The translations under genes were made by a program, and so were the position numbers. From NCBI GenBank assembly GCA_044228145.1, contig JBGAVL010000002.1, positions 15-64,014 on the forward strand: a stretch of 64,000 nucleotides of DNA. Direction: 5' to 3'. Source of the DNA: Candidatus Obscuribacteraceae bacterium (GTDB lineage Bacteria > Cyanobacteriota > Vampirovibrionia > Obscuribacterales > Obscuribacteraceae). The notes under the pieces were generated by a model. That model ran no database searches. It worked only from the letters and a program-made list of their open reading frames with translations, and was not told the origin of the DNA. Each line of letters begins with the position of its first letter. Within the stretch, counting starts at the first letter, position 1. Below are positions 7,330 through 16,466 of the stretch, one piece after another.

Positions 7330-10119
7330 TTAGATCACTCGTATCGTACCGCTGGTTCCATCGACCTCTACCATGGTTCCATCTTCCCAGAGTGTTGTGG
7401 CATTGGCCACGCCGGTGACGCAGGGCAGTCCATATTCTCGCGCTACAAGCGCTCCATGCTGCAGCATGCCACCCACTTCCAAGATCACCGCCGCTGCGTT
7501 CACGAACAAAGGAGTCCAGCCCGGGTCTGTAGCGCGCGCCACAAGAATATCACCGCGATCCAGCGGCTTTTCATCAGGCGAATGAAGGACCTTGATCGGT
7601 CCTTGCGCAATACCCGAACTAACTGCGGTGCCGACCACTTCGCCTTCTTTGGCTGCCACAGGAGGCACGTTGATGATCCTGCCGCGCGAATCAAGGACGA
7701 TGGGTAGGCTTGCCACTGCATTCAATTGATTGATTATGACTTTGTTTTCGGCTGCCAGTCTGCGCAAATCGAGATGCTTGTCTTCGAGCGCTCTGGCAAT
7801 TTGTTCTATCTTCAGATCAAAAATCTGATTGACGCTACAAAGACGCCCGGCGTCAAACAAATCCTTACCGTGTTTCAATGCACGTTGTCTGAGAGTATCG
7901 ATGGCAAAAATCATTAGATATTTGGGCATCTCGCGATAGCCGGCCAGCGTTTCATACACGCGATAAAGCGAGGAAAAATCTCTTAAGGTCAGCCAACCCT
8001 TGCTGTGCAGCTGCTCGCAGAGTTTTTCAAAAGCCTGATGGCGCAAAACCTGACCACGGTCGAAACGTTCTTGCGGGTTGTCTTCAGAGGACGCAGACTT
8101 GCGCAGTGTGACGATTTGAGACAGCAATGTGGCAGGATCATCGCGAAAACGCGGCGCGGCAATATCCAGTTCGGTCGGGCCACGATGCCCATAAAGATCC
8201 ATAAACTCATCCCACGCGGAGAGAAATGGCATGGGCAGCTGCCTGGTTGTCAGCATTTTTTCAATCTCCAATCCATCAATGTCTTCAGGTAAAAGTTGCG
8301 ACATATGATAGAGCGAGAGCCCCATCTCAATTGTCGGATTGTGCGGCACAGCGCGCTCCATATCTTTGAACTCGCCTTCGTATTTGCCTTCCCCTGCGAT
8401 TGCTTTCATGCGCTCCAGAGCAATTCGCGATGTGACGAAAGCTGGCATCACCTGTGTAAACACCGACTGCCTGACGCGATCGAAAAGGGCCTCGGCGAGT
8501 TTGTCGAAGGGTAGATTTTCTTCGGCAAGCTGACGCACATCGCGCCTAAATTCCTTCACTTCCTGGACGACATGCCTGTGAACCTGCTCCGGAAGCAATC
8601 TGGCTTCTAGCACATGAAGCCCAATGACAGGCAATTGCATAATTAGATGCAGGGGAACATGCTTTATGTCTTTGTTGTAAGAGCGATACTCTTGCTCATT
8701 TACAGATGCGATGATTTTGGCTGCGGAAGGGTCCATGTTGTTGAAAAACTTGGCGGCTTTTTCCTGTCCGGCAAATTCGAAGACATTCGAAACATTGCAG
8801 TAAATGCGCCCATCAGTCATACAGGCAAAAGAATCATCCACTGATTTAGTCAAGTCTTTCCCAAAGACTTTGGTTGTAATAAGAGAGGCGGCTCCTCTAA
8901 GGAAAGAAGTCCCCAGCACCGAAATCGGCTTAAACAAGCCCTGCACGCAAATAGTCACATCGAGGTACAATCGCTTCTGCGCACCAGGGGCGGTGAGCAA
9001 TTCTTTGGCTAGCGGAACATAAGCCGTGATCGGGCGTGCTTGCAGGATAAACAATTCACCACCAGCAAATGCCCACTCAATATCCATCGGGCGCCCGTAG
9101 CTTTTCTCGACCTTGACGATCAAGTTCGTCAGCTCGATCACCTGATCGTCAGTCAACGAGAAGTCGCCCTGCTTGCTATCGGCACGTTCTTCGGTTCCAC
9201 CATCAGGCAAAAGCCAGATTGATGTTTCTTTCGTGCCGAGGAGCTTTTGGCTGATCTGAAGTTTTCCCTTATCGACAATAAAAGTATCCGGCGTGGCTAT
9301 GCCGGCCACCACAGTTTCACCCAACCCCCAATTGGAATTGATCACTGCCTCGTCATACGAGTTGCTTACCGGATTGAGTGAAAAGCCGACGCCGGCAACA
9401 TCTGAAGCGATCTGAGTTTGAACCGCGACCGCGATTTTCGGATTGCGGAAATCAAAATCGTGCTGCTTTTTGTACACCGCTACACGCTGGTCCAGGCAGG
9501 ACGCAAAAGCTTTCTTTACTGCTTCTTCGATGCCTTCTTTTGTCACTCCCAAAATGGTTTCATAACCGCCGGCAAAAGAAGAACCTTCAAGGTCCTCTTC
9601 AGGAGAAGACGAGCGCACAGCGAACAAACCGCCCTTGTGATTAAACCTCGACAATGCCGCAATGACGGCGTCCTTTTGCTCTTTGGAAAAGCTCAACTTC
9701 ATCGCCTCGGCTTTGAGCGCATCGCAAGAAGAGCGCAACTTAGAATGCATGTCGGCTTCAAGAAAAGCTTTCCAGGCATCCGTTTTCTTGATGGTTGCAA
9801 ACCAAGTGCTGAAAAAGTCGACCGGAAGCACAAATCCGGGCGGCACAGGCAAGTGCAGCTCGATCATGCGAATCAACGAATGCGCCTTGCCACCGACACT
9901 TGCCAGCGTCACATTTACAGGGGGTATGTCTTTGTGGAAATAGTGAATTGTAGTGTCGGCGCACGCTACGGAGGAGTTAATATCCATAACTACACTTGTA
10001 TCCCTATGACAAGCCGCTGTGAAAGCGTGCCTTTTGCTACTCTTTCCTGATATAGATAACTGGTTATCATACTGCGTTATGACGCACAGGGTCCATTCAT
10101 TGGGAACCTTCCCCGACAT
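7330..10119 (-). CDS. PEP-synthase-like phosphotransferase (ATP-grasp N-domain plus C-terminal swivel phosphohistidine domain; rifampicin-phosphotransferase-type architecture)
   Basis: N-terminal SVGGKAHSLIRM (PPDK_N/ATP-grasp). C-terminal GDILVARATDPGWTPLF..VGGMLQHGALVAREYGLPCV..VDGTSGTI (PEP-utilising mobile domain). About 870-930 aa. ATG 9987 (MDINSS) is an alternative start. Confidence 0.8.
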   Translation of the reverse strand: MSGKVPNEWTLCVITQYDNQLSISGKSSKRHAFTAACHRDTSVVMDINSSVACADTTIHYFHKDIPPVNVTLASVGGKAHSLIRMIELHLPVPPGFVLPVDFFSTWFATIKKTDAWKAFLEADMHSKLRSSCDALKAEAMKLSFSKEQKDAVIAALSRFNHKGGLFAVRSSSPEEDLEGSSFAGGYETILGVTKEGIEEAVKKAFASCLDQRVAVYKKQHDFDFRNPKIAVAVQTQIASDVAGVGFSLNPVSNSYDEAVINSNWGLGETVVAGIATPDTFIVDKGKLQISQKLLGTKETSIWLLPDGGTEERADSKQGDFSLTDDQVIELTNLIVKVEKSYGRPMDIEWAFAGGELFILQARPITAYVPLAKELLTAPGAQKRLYLDVTICVQGLFKPISVLGTSFLRGAASLITTKVFGKDLTKSVDDSFACMTDGRIYCNVSNVFEFAGQEKAAKFFNNMDPSAAKIIASVNEQEYRSYNKDIKHVPLHLIMQLPVIGLHVLEARLLPEQVHRHVVQEVKEFRRDVRQLAEENLPFDKLAEALFDRVRQSVFTQVMPAFVTSRIALERMKAIAGEGKYEGEFKDMERAVPHNPTIEMGLSLYHMSQLLPEDIDGLEIEKMLTTRQLPMPFLSAWDEFMDLYGHRGPTELDIAAPRFRDDPATLLSQIVTLRKSASSEDNPQERFDRGQVLRHQAFEKLCEQLHSKGWLTLRDFSSLYRVYETLAGYREMPKYLMIFAIDTLRQRALKHGKDLFDAGRLCSVNQIFDLKIEQIARALEDKHLDLRRLAAENKVIINQLNAVASLPIVLDSRGRIINVPPVAAKEGEVVGTAVSSGIAQGPIKVLHSPDEKPLDRGDILVARATDPGWTPLFVNAAAVILEVGGMLQHGALVAREYGLPCVTGVANATTLWEDGTMVEVDGTSGTIRVI

Positions 10120-10258
10120 CTACAAGTAGATTTTAGACTGGAAATCGCAAAACGCGAGCAGGGCACGTCTTAGACAATGTTTGGAAAAAACGCAGAACCT
10201 GGCGCGGCAGAGAAATCATGAAATCAGTTGTCAGTGCGTCATGTTATGATGAGGGGAG

Positions 10259-10330
10259 TGGAGCCCGGCGGAGTTGAACCGCTACACGAGAGCTTGGCAG
10301 GCAGCGCTGGTACCGACCATAACGAGCCCC
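10259..10330 (-). ncRNA. tRNA-like / tmRNA-TLD-like element (possibly a degenerate tRNA pseudogene)
   Basis: 72 nt. Acceptor GGGGCUC/GGGCUCC includes G3-U70 and is followed by A73. T-arm is GCGG-UUCAACU-CCGC, with a short D-like arm UGG-UCGGUA-CCA. The anticodon arm pairs poorly (loop CUGCCAA or the 8-nt GCCUGCCA). No CCA is encoded. Confidence 0.3.
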
Positions 10331-10339
10331 ACTTCGAAA

Positions 10340-10366
10340 GCCGCCCCTCAGCGGCTTTTATTTTTT
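10340..10366. terminator. GC-rich hairpin terminator downstream of the RND pump gene
   Basis: GCCGC-CCCTCA-GCGGC is followed on the plus strand by TTTTATTTTTT. On the minus strand, the strand of the flanking genes, only TTT follows. It lies between two minus-strand genes, so direction of use is ambiguous. Confidence 0.5.
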
Positions 10367-10452
10367 GCTGCCATTAGCTCCCAAGTCTTAAGACGAAAAA
10401 CTCGAACAGAGAGTTCAAATTTTCAGCAACTTTTGGCTTGCCAATTTCAAAA

Positions 10453-13400
10453 TTAGATGTTCTCGCTAACTGTTTCGCTTTTGTTCAAACCGGCACCAAA
10501 CAGTTTCAAAAGCGCCGGAATGACGACGAGCGTTAGCGCGGTTGACGTAACCATGCCGCCAAGAATTACAATCGCCAGCGGCTGCTCCAATTCGCGTCCT
10601 GCGCCTCCCAGGACAGCGATCGGCAACACACCCAATGACGCAGCCAGGGCAGTCATCAAAACCGGACTGAGGCGGTCGAGAGCACTGTGCTTCACGACAT
10701 CTTCGAGCGCTCCTCCCTCTTCGGTCAATTGATTGAAGTGAGAAACAAGCATAATTCCATTGCGCGTTGAAATACCGAAGAGCGTCATAAAACCGACCAT
10801 GGATCCGACGCTGAGCACGGCGCCGGAAAAGAGCACGGCCCAGATACCGCCGACCAGCGCCAGGGGCAGATTGGCCATGATAATAATCGCGGCCTTCGGA
10901 GATTTGAAAGCCAGAGTAAGCAGCAAAAACATTCCGACCAGAGCAGCAGCCAGCAAGACGCCCAATTGCTTCGATGCCTCTTCTTGCGCCTCGAACTGAC
11001 CGCCATAAACCACATAATAACCAGTCGGCAATTGCACTTCCGTGGCTATGCGCTTTTTCGCTTCGCTGATCAGGCTGCCCAGATCGCGCCCGGAAACGTT
11101 TGCCTGCACAACCACACGCCTGGAGATATTCTCATGGCTGATCGTATTCGGGCTCTGCCCCTGCTCGACACTGGCCAGTGCGCCCAGCGGCACTTTAACA
11201 TTGGCCGGGGTGTCAACGAGAGTGGATTTAATCACGTTCATGTTATTGCGAGACTCAGGCTTGAGCCAGACATACATGTCGAATGCTTTCTGCCCTTCCA
11301 GTACTTGCGAGACAGTTACACCGCGAAAAGCCGCCTCGATTGAGTCGGATAAGTCCTTAGCTCTGACACCATATCTCGCCGCAGCTTCTCGGTTGACCTT
11401 GATTGAAATTTGCGGCACATCGACTATTTGTTCCACGTGCACATCCACAGCACCGCGAATCTCTTTCATAACCTTTTCAATCTTCAGTGCGTATTCGTGC
11501 AAAACATCGAGATCGGGGCCGAACAGTTTCACAGCAATAGCAGCATTGACACCGGAGAGCGCATGGTCCATACGGTGCTGCAAATAAGAACCGCTGTCGG
11601 TGACCAAACCAGGTACGTGTGAAAATTCATGGCGTATGTGATTGAGTAGTTTTTCCTTATCAGGTGTATCCGGCTTCAAGCGAATGTCGAACTCACTGAA
11701 ATTACTGGCGCCGTAATCTTCTCCACCTTCCGCGCGCCCGGCTCTCTGGCTGGCGGCAAGAATTTCGTGCTTGTTGAAGAAGTGAGATGACAGCTCCGTG
11801 CCCATCTGCGTAGTAGCAGTCAGGCTTGTTCCGGGCATGAAAGTTGTCACCACAATCATGTTATTTTCGTCGAAAGGCGGCAGAAATTCGGTGCCCAGCA
11901 CAAACAAATTACCAAGTGAGAAAACAAAAAGAAGCAGCGCACCGGCAATAATCGAGCGCGGGCGATTGATGGAAAACTGCAGAACAGGCAAATACAAGCG
12001 CTTCAAAAACCTGATCACATACCCGTCACCTTCTTCGCCACCTTTTGTGTTTTTCAGCAAAATTGCGCACATAGCGGGAGTGACGGTCAAAGCAATGCCC
12101 AAAGACGCAATCAAGGAAACAAGATAGGCATACGCAAGCGGTGTAAAAATCTTGCCTTCCAGCCCTTTGAGCGACATAACAGGCAAGAACATCAAAGCGA
12201 CGATCAAAGTGGCATAAACCACCGCGCCGCGAACCTCTGCCGATGCTTCGTACATGACCGTCAGAGCCGACCGAGGCACAGCCAGAGCACGGTTTTCTCT
12301 GAGACGGCGGTAAATGTTTTCCACATCGACAATAGCGTCGTCAACAACTTCGCCTATGGCAATCGCCAGTCCACCCAAAGTCATGGTGTTGATTGTGTAT
12401 CCATGGAGTTTTAACGCGATGATTGCGGACAGCAAAGAAAGCGGAATTGCCGTCAATGAGATAAAGGCAGTCCGCCAATTCTGCAAGAAAGCAAAGAGAA
12501 TAATTATCACAAGGACGCCGCCAAGGACCACCGCCTCAGAGACGTTCTTAACCGCTATTTCAATGAAGTCCGCCTGCCTGAAAGTGGTTATGACTTGAAC
12601 ATCCTTTGGAAAGCTCGCACGCAGATCGGCCAGCGCCTTTTCTAGAGCGCGCGTTGTTTCCAATGTGTTTGCTTGAGGCTGTTTAAACACCGTCAACACA
12701 ACACCGGGATGCCCATCAACAATCGCGTCACCGATCTTGAATTGCGCGCCCAGCTTCACGTCGGCGACATTGCCCAGCAAAATCGGTTGATTGCCGCGCT
12801 GAACGATGACTGTCTCTGCAATCTCGGCAGGGGAATTGACCCGCCCCAGACCGCGAACAAGCTCTTCTTTCTCATTGGTTCTGACGATACCGCCGGCAGT
12901 GTTTAGATTGCTGCCTCTGGCCGCTGCGACAACCTGCGCCAGAGTGACATCGTACTGTTTCAGTTTTTCCGGGTCTACGAGCACCTGATATTGTTTTACA
13001 TCTCCACCGATCACCACTACGTTCGACACACCGGACACGGCCATCATGCGCAAGCGCAGAGTCCAATCGGCAAGTGTGCGCAAATCCATAGCACTCGTTT
13101 CGCCGGTCGAATACAAGCCAATTTTAAGTATGTCACCCGCGGCTGTAGTCATTGGTGCCAGCACGGGTTGGTTGGCATTGTCAGGCAATTGCCCACGCGC
13201 CGCCTGCAACTTTTCGGAGACCAATTGGCGCGCCACAAGCACGTTTGTAGAGTCCTGAAAAATGATGGTAATCACGGACAAGCCAATAGTCGATACCGAA
13301 CGCACCACTTTCACATTCGCAGTGCCATTCAGGTTGGCTTCCAGTGGGCGAGTGACCAGGCTCTCCACTTCCTCGGGCGCGAAGCCGGGTGCCTCGGTTA

Positions 13401-13548
13401 GAACAACCACTCTTATCGGTGCGAAATCAGGAAAGACATCCACAGGCATCGTTTCGGTCGCGTACAATCCGGCCGCCAACCAGACAAATGCCAAAATCGC
13501 AACGATCCAGCGATTGTTGATTGACCATTGGATGAAACGATTGATCAT
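10453..13548 (-). CDS. heavy-metal efflux RND permease, CusA/CzcA family
   Basis: N-terminus MINRFIQWSINNRWIVAILAF. Conserved HME-RND blocks: VDVFPDFAPIRVVVLTEAPG, AIGEVVDDAIVDVENI, FGISTRNGIMLVSH. Size is about 1030 aa. Start set at ATG 13548, 16 nt after the adaptor stop; the ORF-track start 13608 overlaps the adaptor gene. Confidence 0.93.
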   Translation of the reverse strand: MINRFIQWSINNRWIVAILAFVWLAAGLYATETMPVDVFPDFAPIRVVVLTEAPGFAPEEVESLVTRPLEANLNGTANVKVVRSVSTIGLSVITIIFQDSTNVLVARQLVSEKLQAARGQLPDNANQPVLAPMTTAAGDILKIGLYSTGETSAMDLRTLADWTLRLRMMAVSGVSNVVVIGGDVKQYQVLVDPEKLKQYDVTLAQVVAAARGSNLNTAGGIVRTNEKEELVRGLGRVNSPAEIAETVIVQRGNQPILLGNVADVKLGAQFKIGDAIVDGHPGVVLTVFKQPQANTLETTRALEKALADLRASFPKDVQVITTFRQADFIEIAVKNVSEAVVLGGVLVIIILFAFLQNWRTAFISLTAIPLSLLSAIIALKLHGYTINTMTLGGLAIAIGEVVDDAIVDVENIYRRLRENRALAVPRSALTVMYEASAEVRGAVVYATLIVALMFLPVMSLKGLEGKIFTPLAYAYLVSLIASLGIALTVTPAMCAILLKNTKGGEEGDGYVIRFLKRLYLPVLQFSINRPRSIIAGALLLFVFSLGNLFVLGTEFLPPFDENNMIVVTTFMPGTSLTATTQMGTELSSHFFNKHEILAASQRAGRAEGGEDYGASNFSEFDIRLKPDTPDKEKLLNHIRHEFSHVPGLVTDSGSYLQHRMDHALSGVNAAIAVKLFGPDLDVLHEYALKIEKVMKEIRGAVDVHVEQIVDVPQISIKVNREAAARYGVRAKDLSDSIEAAFRGVTVSQVLEGQKAFDMYVWLKPESRNNMNVIKSTLVDTPANVKVPLGALASVEQGQSPNTISHENISRRVVVQANVSGRDLGSLISEAKKRIATEVQLPTGYYVVYGGQFEAQEEASKQLGVLLAAALVGMFLLLTLAFKSPKAAIIIMANLPLALVGGIWAVLFSGAVLSVGSMVGFMTLFGISTRNGIMLVSHFNQLTEEGGALEDVVKHSALDRLSPVLMTALAASLGVLPIAVLGGAGRELEQPLAIVILGGMVTSTALTLVVIPALLKLFGAGLNKSETVSENI

Positions 13549-13564
13549 TGGTTGGGATGCCCGA

Positions 13565-15208
13565 TTACTGCTTTTGATCTTGAGAAGCTTCAGATTCATT
13601 TGAAGCACTGTCCGGCTTTTTCGAACCGGATGGTTGTGAACCAGCTCTTTCTGCGGCTTTCATACGCTTGCCGACATAAACCCAGATAGCCAGGACGATA
13701 AAGGCCGCAGCCACACCCATGGCAAAAAACATGGCAAGCTGCGCTTTTGAATTGACTTTCGGCTGAGCGTCAGCCCCATGTGCTGCGTGGTCCGGCGGGT
13801 CGGCGCCATCGTCGTGCTCTTCTCCAGGCTTTAACACCGCCTCGGCTTTGAGCTGCTGCGCCCCTTTCAGAACAATCTGATCGCTTTGCGTTATCCCGCT
13901 CAAGATCTCGACGTCACCGGCCACGGCAAGACCGGTTTTAACGAGCACCGGTTTGAAAGAATTGTCTACCTTCGTATAAACAAAAGTGTGATCGCCGTCT
14001 TTGACCAGCGCCGAATCAGGAATTATCAGTGTCTGCTTATCTCTAGAGCCAATCACGATTTGCGCCTGGACGAACATTCCCGGTCTGAGAACACCATCAG
14101 GGTTTTCAGTGACGATGCGCACATGCAGCGTCTTTGTGGCATCGTCAACGACTGTGCCGATCGAGGAAATCTTGCCGCGCGCAGTCTGATGCGATGGTGT
14201 TGATATAACTACTTCTTGTCCTTGCTTGACATTAGGAATTTGCTCCTGATAAATGTCCACCATCACCCAGATTGGATTCAAATTGACGATGCTGAACACT
14301 TTTTTGGATGGATCGACTCGCTCACCCAGCGTCATATCGCGCTGAGTGACAGCGCCGTTGACGGGCGAAACAATCGGCAAATCGGCTGTGACATGATTCG
14401 ATTTAAGACTTTTGTCTACTTCCGGTTTGCCGATGCCCATAATTTCGAGCTGGTCTTCTGCTGACTCGATGGTCATCTTCAGTTGATTTTGGAGGAGAGC
14501 GACTTCCTGCTTCAGGCGCTGCTGCAACGTCGTCAATTTCACTTGCGCGGAGTCGTATGCGTTTTTTGCCTCTTGCAGTGACTTACGAGCGCTGATGCCT
14601 TCTTTGAATAGCTCGGACTCTCTGTCGTAGTTTGTCTTAGCCATCTGAACTTGATTGGTTTGCAATGTAATATCGCTGCCAATCTCGGTTTTCACCCGTG
14701 TGATATCGCCCTGGATACGAGTACGATCGCTCAACAATTGAGTCAGAGTAGTTGCCACCTCAATGCTGTGGACAAGCGCCAAAACTTGTCCTTTCTTGAC
14801 CGCATCGCCCTGTTTTGCATAGACTGCTTGCACCACCCCTGATACCGGTGGGTTGACATCAAAAGATTGTGTCTCCGCAGCTTGAACTTCACCGGTAGCT
14901 GACAAAGTATCCTTCAAGAAAGAATATCGAGGCGGACCCACTTCCAGTCCCAATGCCCGCTGCCCCTGCTCGTTGGCGCTGACTGTTTCAGGCGCATCAT
15001 GATCGCCGCCAGCGAAAGCCTCGTTTTCCCCCTCGTGAGCAAAGCAGGATAAGGGCGCAACGAGCCACAACAGATTGACGACGAACAAAAATGCCATCGA
15101 ATAAACGATCCGCTTTCGCTTGCGATTCATTGATTCTGGATGGAGAGTAGAGTGGTTGTGCAAGTGAAACCTTTTGATGCCTTCCGAAACAGTCTTGAGC
15201 TGATGCAC
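13565..15208 (-). CDS. efflux RND periplasmic adaptor (HlyD/CzcB/CusB-like) with an unusual C-terminal His/Asp-rich segment and TM helix
   Basis: Lipoyl/barrel-sandwich and coiled-coil hairpin pattern (VSGVVQAVYAKQGDAVKKGQVL, VSPVNGAVTQRDMTLGERV, FSIVNLNPIWVMVDIY). C-terminal EEHDDGADPPDHAAHGADAQ is followed by LAMFFAMGVAAAFIVLAIWVYV. ATG 15130 (MNRKRKR plus hydrophobic helix) is an alternative start. Confidence 0.85.
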   Translation of the reverse strand: MHQLKTVSEGIKRFHLHNHSTLHPESMNRKRKRIVYSMAFLFVVNLLWLVAPLSCFAHEGENEAFAGGDHDAPETVSANEQGQRALGLEVGPPRYSFLKDTLSATGEVQAAETQSFDVNPPVSGVVQAVYAKQGDAVKKGQVLALVHSIEVATTLTQLLSDRTRIQGDITRVKTEIGSDITLQTNQVQMAKTNYDRESELFKEGISARKSLQEAKNAYDSAQVKLTTLQQRLKQEVALLQNQLKMTIESAEDQLEIMGIGKPEVDKSLKSNHVTADLPIVSPVNGAVTQRDMTLGERVDPSKKVFSIVNLNPIWVMVDIYQEQIPNVKQGQEVVISTPSHQTARGKISSIGTVVDDATKTLHVRIVTENPDGVLRPGMFVQAQIVIGSRDKQTLIIPDSALVKDGDHTFVYTKVDNSFKPVLVKTGLAVAGDVEILSGITQSDQIVLKGAQQLKAEAVLKPGEEHDDGADPPDHAAHGADAQPKVNSKAQLAMFFAMGVAAAFIVLAIWVYVGKRMKAAERAGSQPSGSKKPDSASNESEASQDQKQ

Positions 15209-15404
15209 TTAATCTGGCTTAGGCAGTGACAACCGTTTTCATAGTCCCAGTGTCACTTTTCGTACCTCACCATAATACCTAATTGTCAAAAGAACAACGC
15301 TTATGCGACACTATGCTGTGCTAATCTCGAATGAGAACCAAAATTATCTGATTGATTTCCGAAATTGCCAGTGAGGAGATTGAGCCATCAAAATCGGTGA
15401 ACTA

Positions 15405-15935
15405 TTGGCTACCGCCGAAGTGGTCAGTTCCAACGACCTGAACGAGCAGCTTGGCTATGCTCAAACCCTGGGCATGCCGGTAGGACAGGTGCTTGTAGCT
15501 TCGGGATTCCTCACAAAGGCGGAGATGCTTGCGGCAATTCAAGCTCAGTCACTCCTACTCAGCGGGAAGATAACTCAAGAGGCGGCAATCAAGATCGTCA
15601 AGGACATTGTCGACGAGGGTTCGTCTTTGCAAGCCGCCCTGGACTCGGCCGGCGTCGATCCATCAATCACTCAAAATCAAGACCGCCTGGGCGAACTCCT
15701 GGTCGCCTCCGAATTGCTTTCTGAAGACAACCTTGCCGAAGCACTCATCGCCAGCGCCGAGTTGTCCAGCCCGCTCGGGCATGCACTCGTCAAAATGCAG
15801 ATTATCAGACCGGATTTGGTCGTCGCCGCCCTGACCGTGCAAAAGCAATTGCGCCTGCGCGAAATCTCTTATGAAGAAGGGATCGGCCGCCTCAAATCAG
15901 CAATGAAATTCCGGCAGTTTTATCCGGCTGACTAG
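15405..15935 (+). CDS. protein with two GspE/PilB N-terminal-like (T2SSE_N) repeats
   Basis: Two copies of the LG..L(V/L)ASG(F/L)L(T/S)..(E/D)..(L/A)..A pattern (LGMPVGQVLVASGFLTKAEMLAAIQAQ; LGELLVASELLSEDNLAEALIAS), characteristic of the T2SSE_N/MshEN fold. TTG start. Confidence 0.4.
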   Translation: MATAEVVSSNDLNEQLGYAQTLGMPVGQVLVASGFLTKAEMLAAIQAQSLLLSGKITQEAAIKIVKDIVDEGSSLQAALDSAGVDPSITQNQDRLGELLVASELLSEDNLAEALIASAELSSPLGHALVKMQIIRPDLVVAALTVQKQLRLREISYEEGIGRLKSAMKFRQFYPAD

Positions 15936-15997
15936 GAGGCCGTGGAGCAACGACGTCTCTACAATTAACGAACCACAACGCAATTTAAATTAATCAC

Positions 15998-16417
15998 TCA
16001 CGCAGAGGTCAACTCTCGTGCCAGATCAAAAATACCAGCGTCAAGCTTGAATCGCTTGGACAGCCGAAGCCGTGCTGCTTTAGGCAATCCACGCCGTCCT
16101 TTGAGAAAGTCATTCAGGTTCTGTTTGGATACGCCGGCTATCTCAGCAGCTTCAGCCTGCGTCATGCCGTGCTCATCGAGCAGATACTCAAGTGCCTCAC
16201 ACCCGCTGACTCCTTCAAAGAAATTACCTACCAGACCACTCTCATAAGCTTTAATCAGCTGGACTAGAACCTTTCCATAACCAACTTCTACGGGCGACAA
16301 ATCCCCATCGCGGCTGGTCAATTCAAGAATCATTTCCTTGGCCGCCCTGTGCTCAGTTTTGTTGGTGATTGGAAGGAGCGGGAGGCGCTCCACCAGATTC
16401 ATGCATTTTGCATCCAT
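15998..16417 (-). CDS. XRE-family HTH protein (HigA-like antitoxin/transcription regulator)
   Basis: C-terminal HTH MTQAEAAEIAGVSKQNLNDFLKGRRGLP. Start moved to ATG 16417 because the ORF-track TTG 16477 lies inside the predicted promoter spacer/operator. Confidence 0.7.
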   Translation of the reverse strand: MDAKCMNLVERLPLLPITNKTEHRAAKEMILELTSRDGDLSPVEVGYGKVLVQLIKAYESGLVGNFFEGVSGCEALEYLLDEHGMTQAEAAEIAGVSKQNLNDFLKGRRGLPKAARLRLSKRFKLDAGIFDLARELTSA

Positions 16418-16466
16418 AACTTTTTTCTGTTCGTATTTGTTTTTACTGTTTATCGAGTGTTCAGTT

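Noticed and set aside
9418-10050. Long antisense ORFs inside conserved genes: 9418-10050, 11042-11587, 18803-19534, 41245-41953, 47003-47620, 49052-49549, 50322-50816, 54051-54602, 59864-60400
   Set aside because: Each lies opposite a gene with clear family motifs or paralog support, and each has an Arg/Ser/Cys-rich translation typical of antisense frames in DNA of this base composition.
10259-10330. Interpretation as a complete or circularly permuted (two-piece) tmRNA gene
   Set aside because: Only 58 nt separate the 5' and 3' acceptor strands, so there is no tag reading frame and no pseudoknots. The 5'-to-3' order is tRNA-like, not permuted. A standard tmRNA of about 350 nt would have to overlap the conserved 3' end of the RND pump gene.
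10200-10375. Plus-strand small RNA (SRP/4.5S-like) ending at the T-rich terminator
   Set aside because: No GGAA tetraloop or conserved SRP domain IV motif is present. On the plus strand the stems would contain A-C mismatches where the minus strand has G-U pairs.
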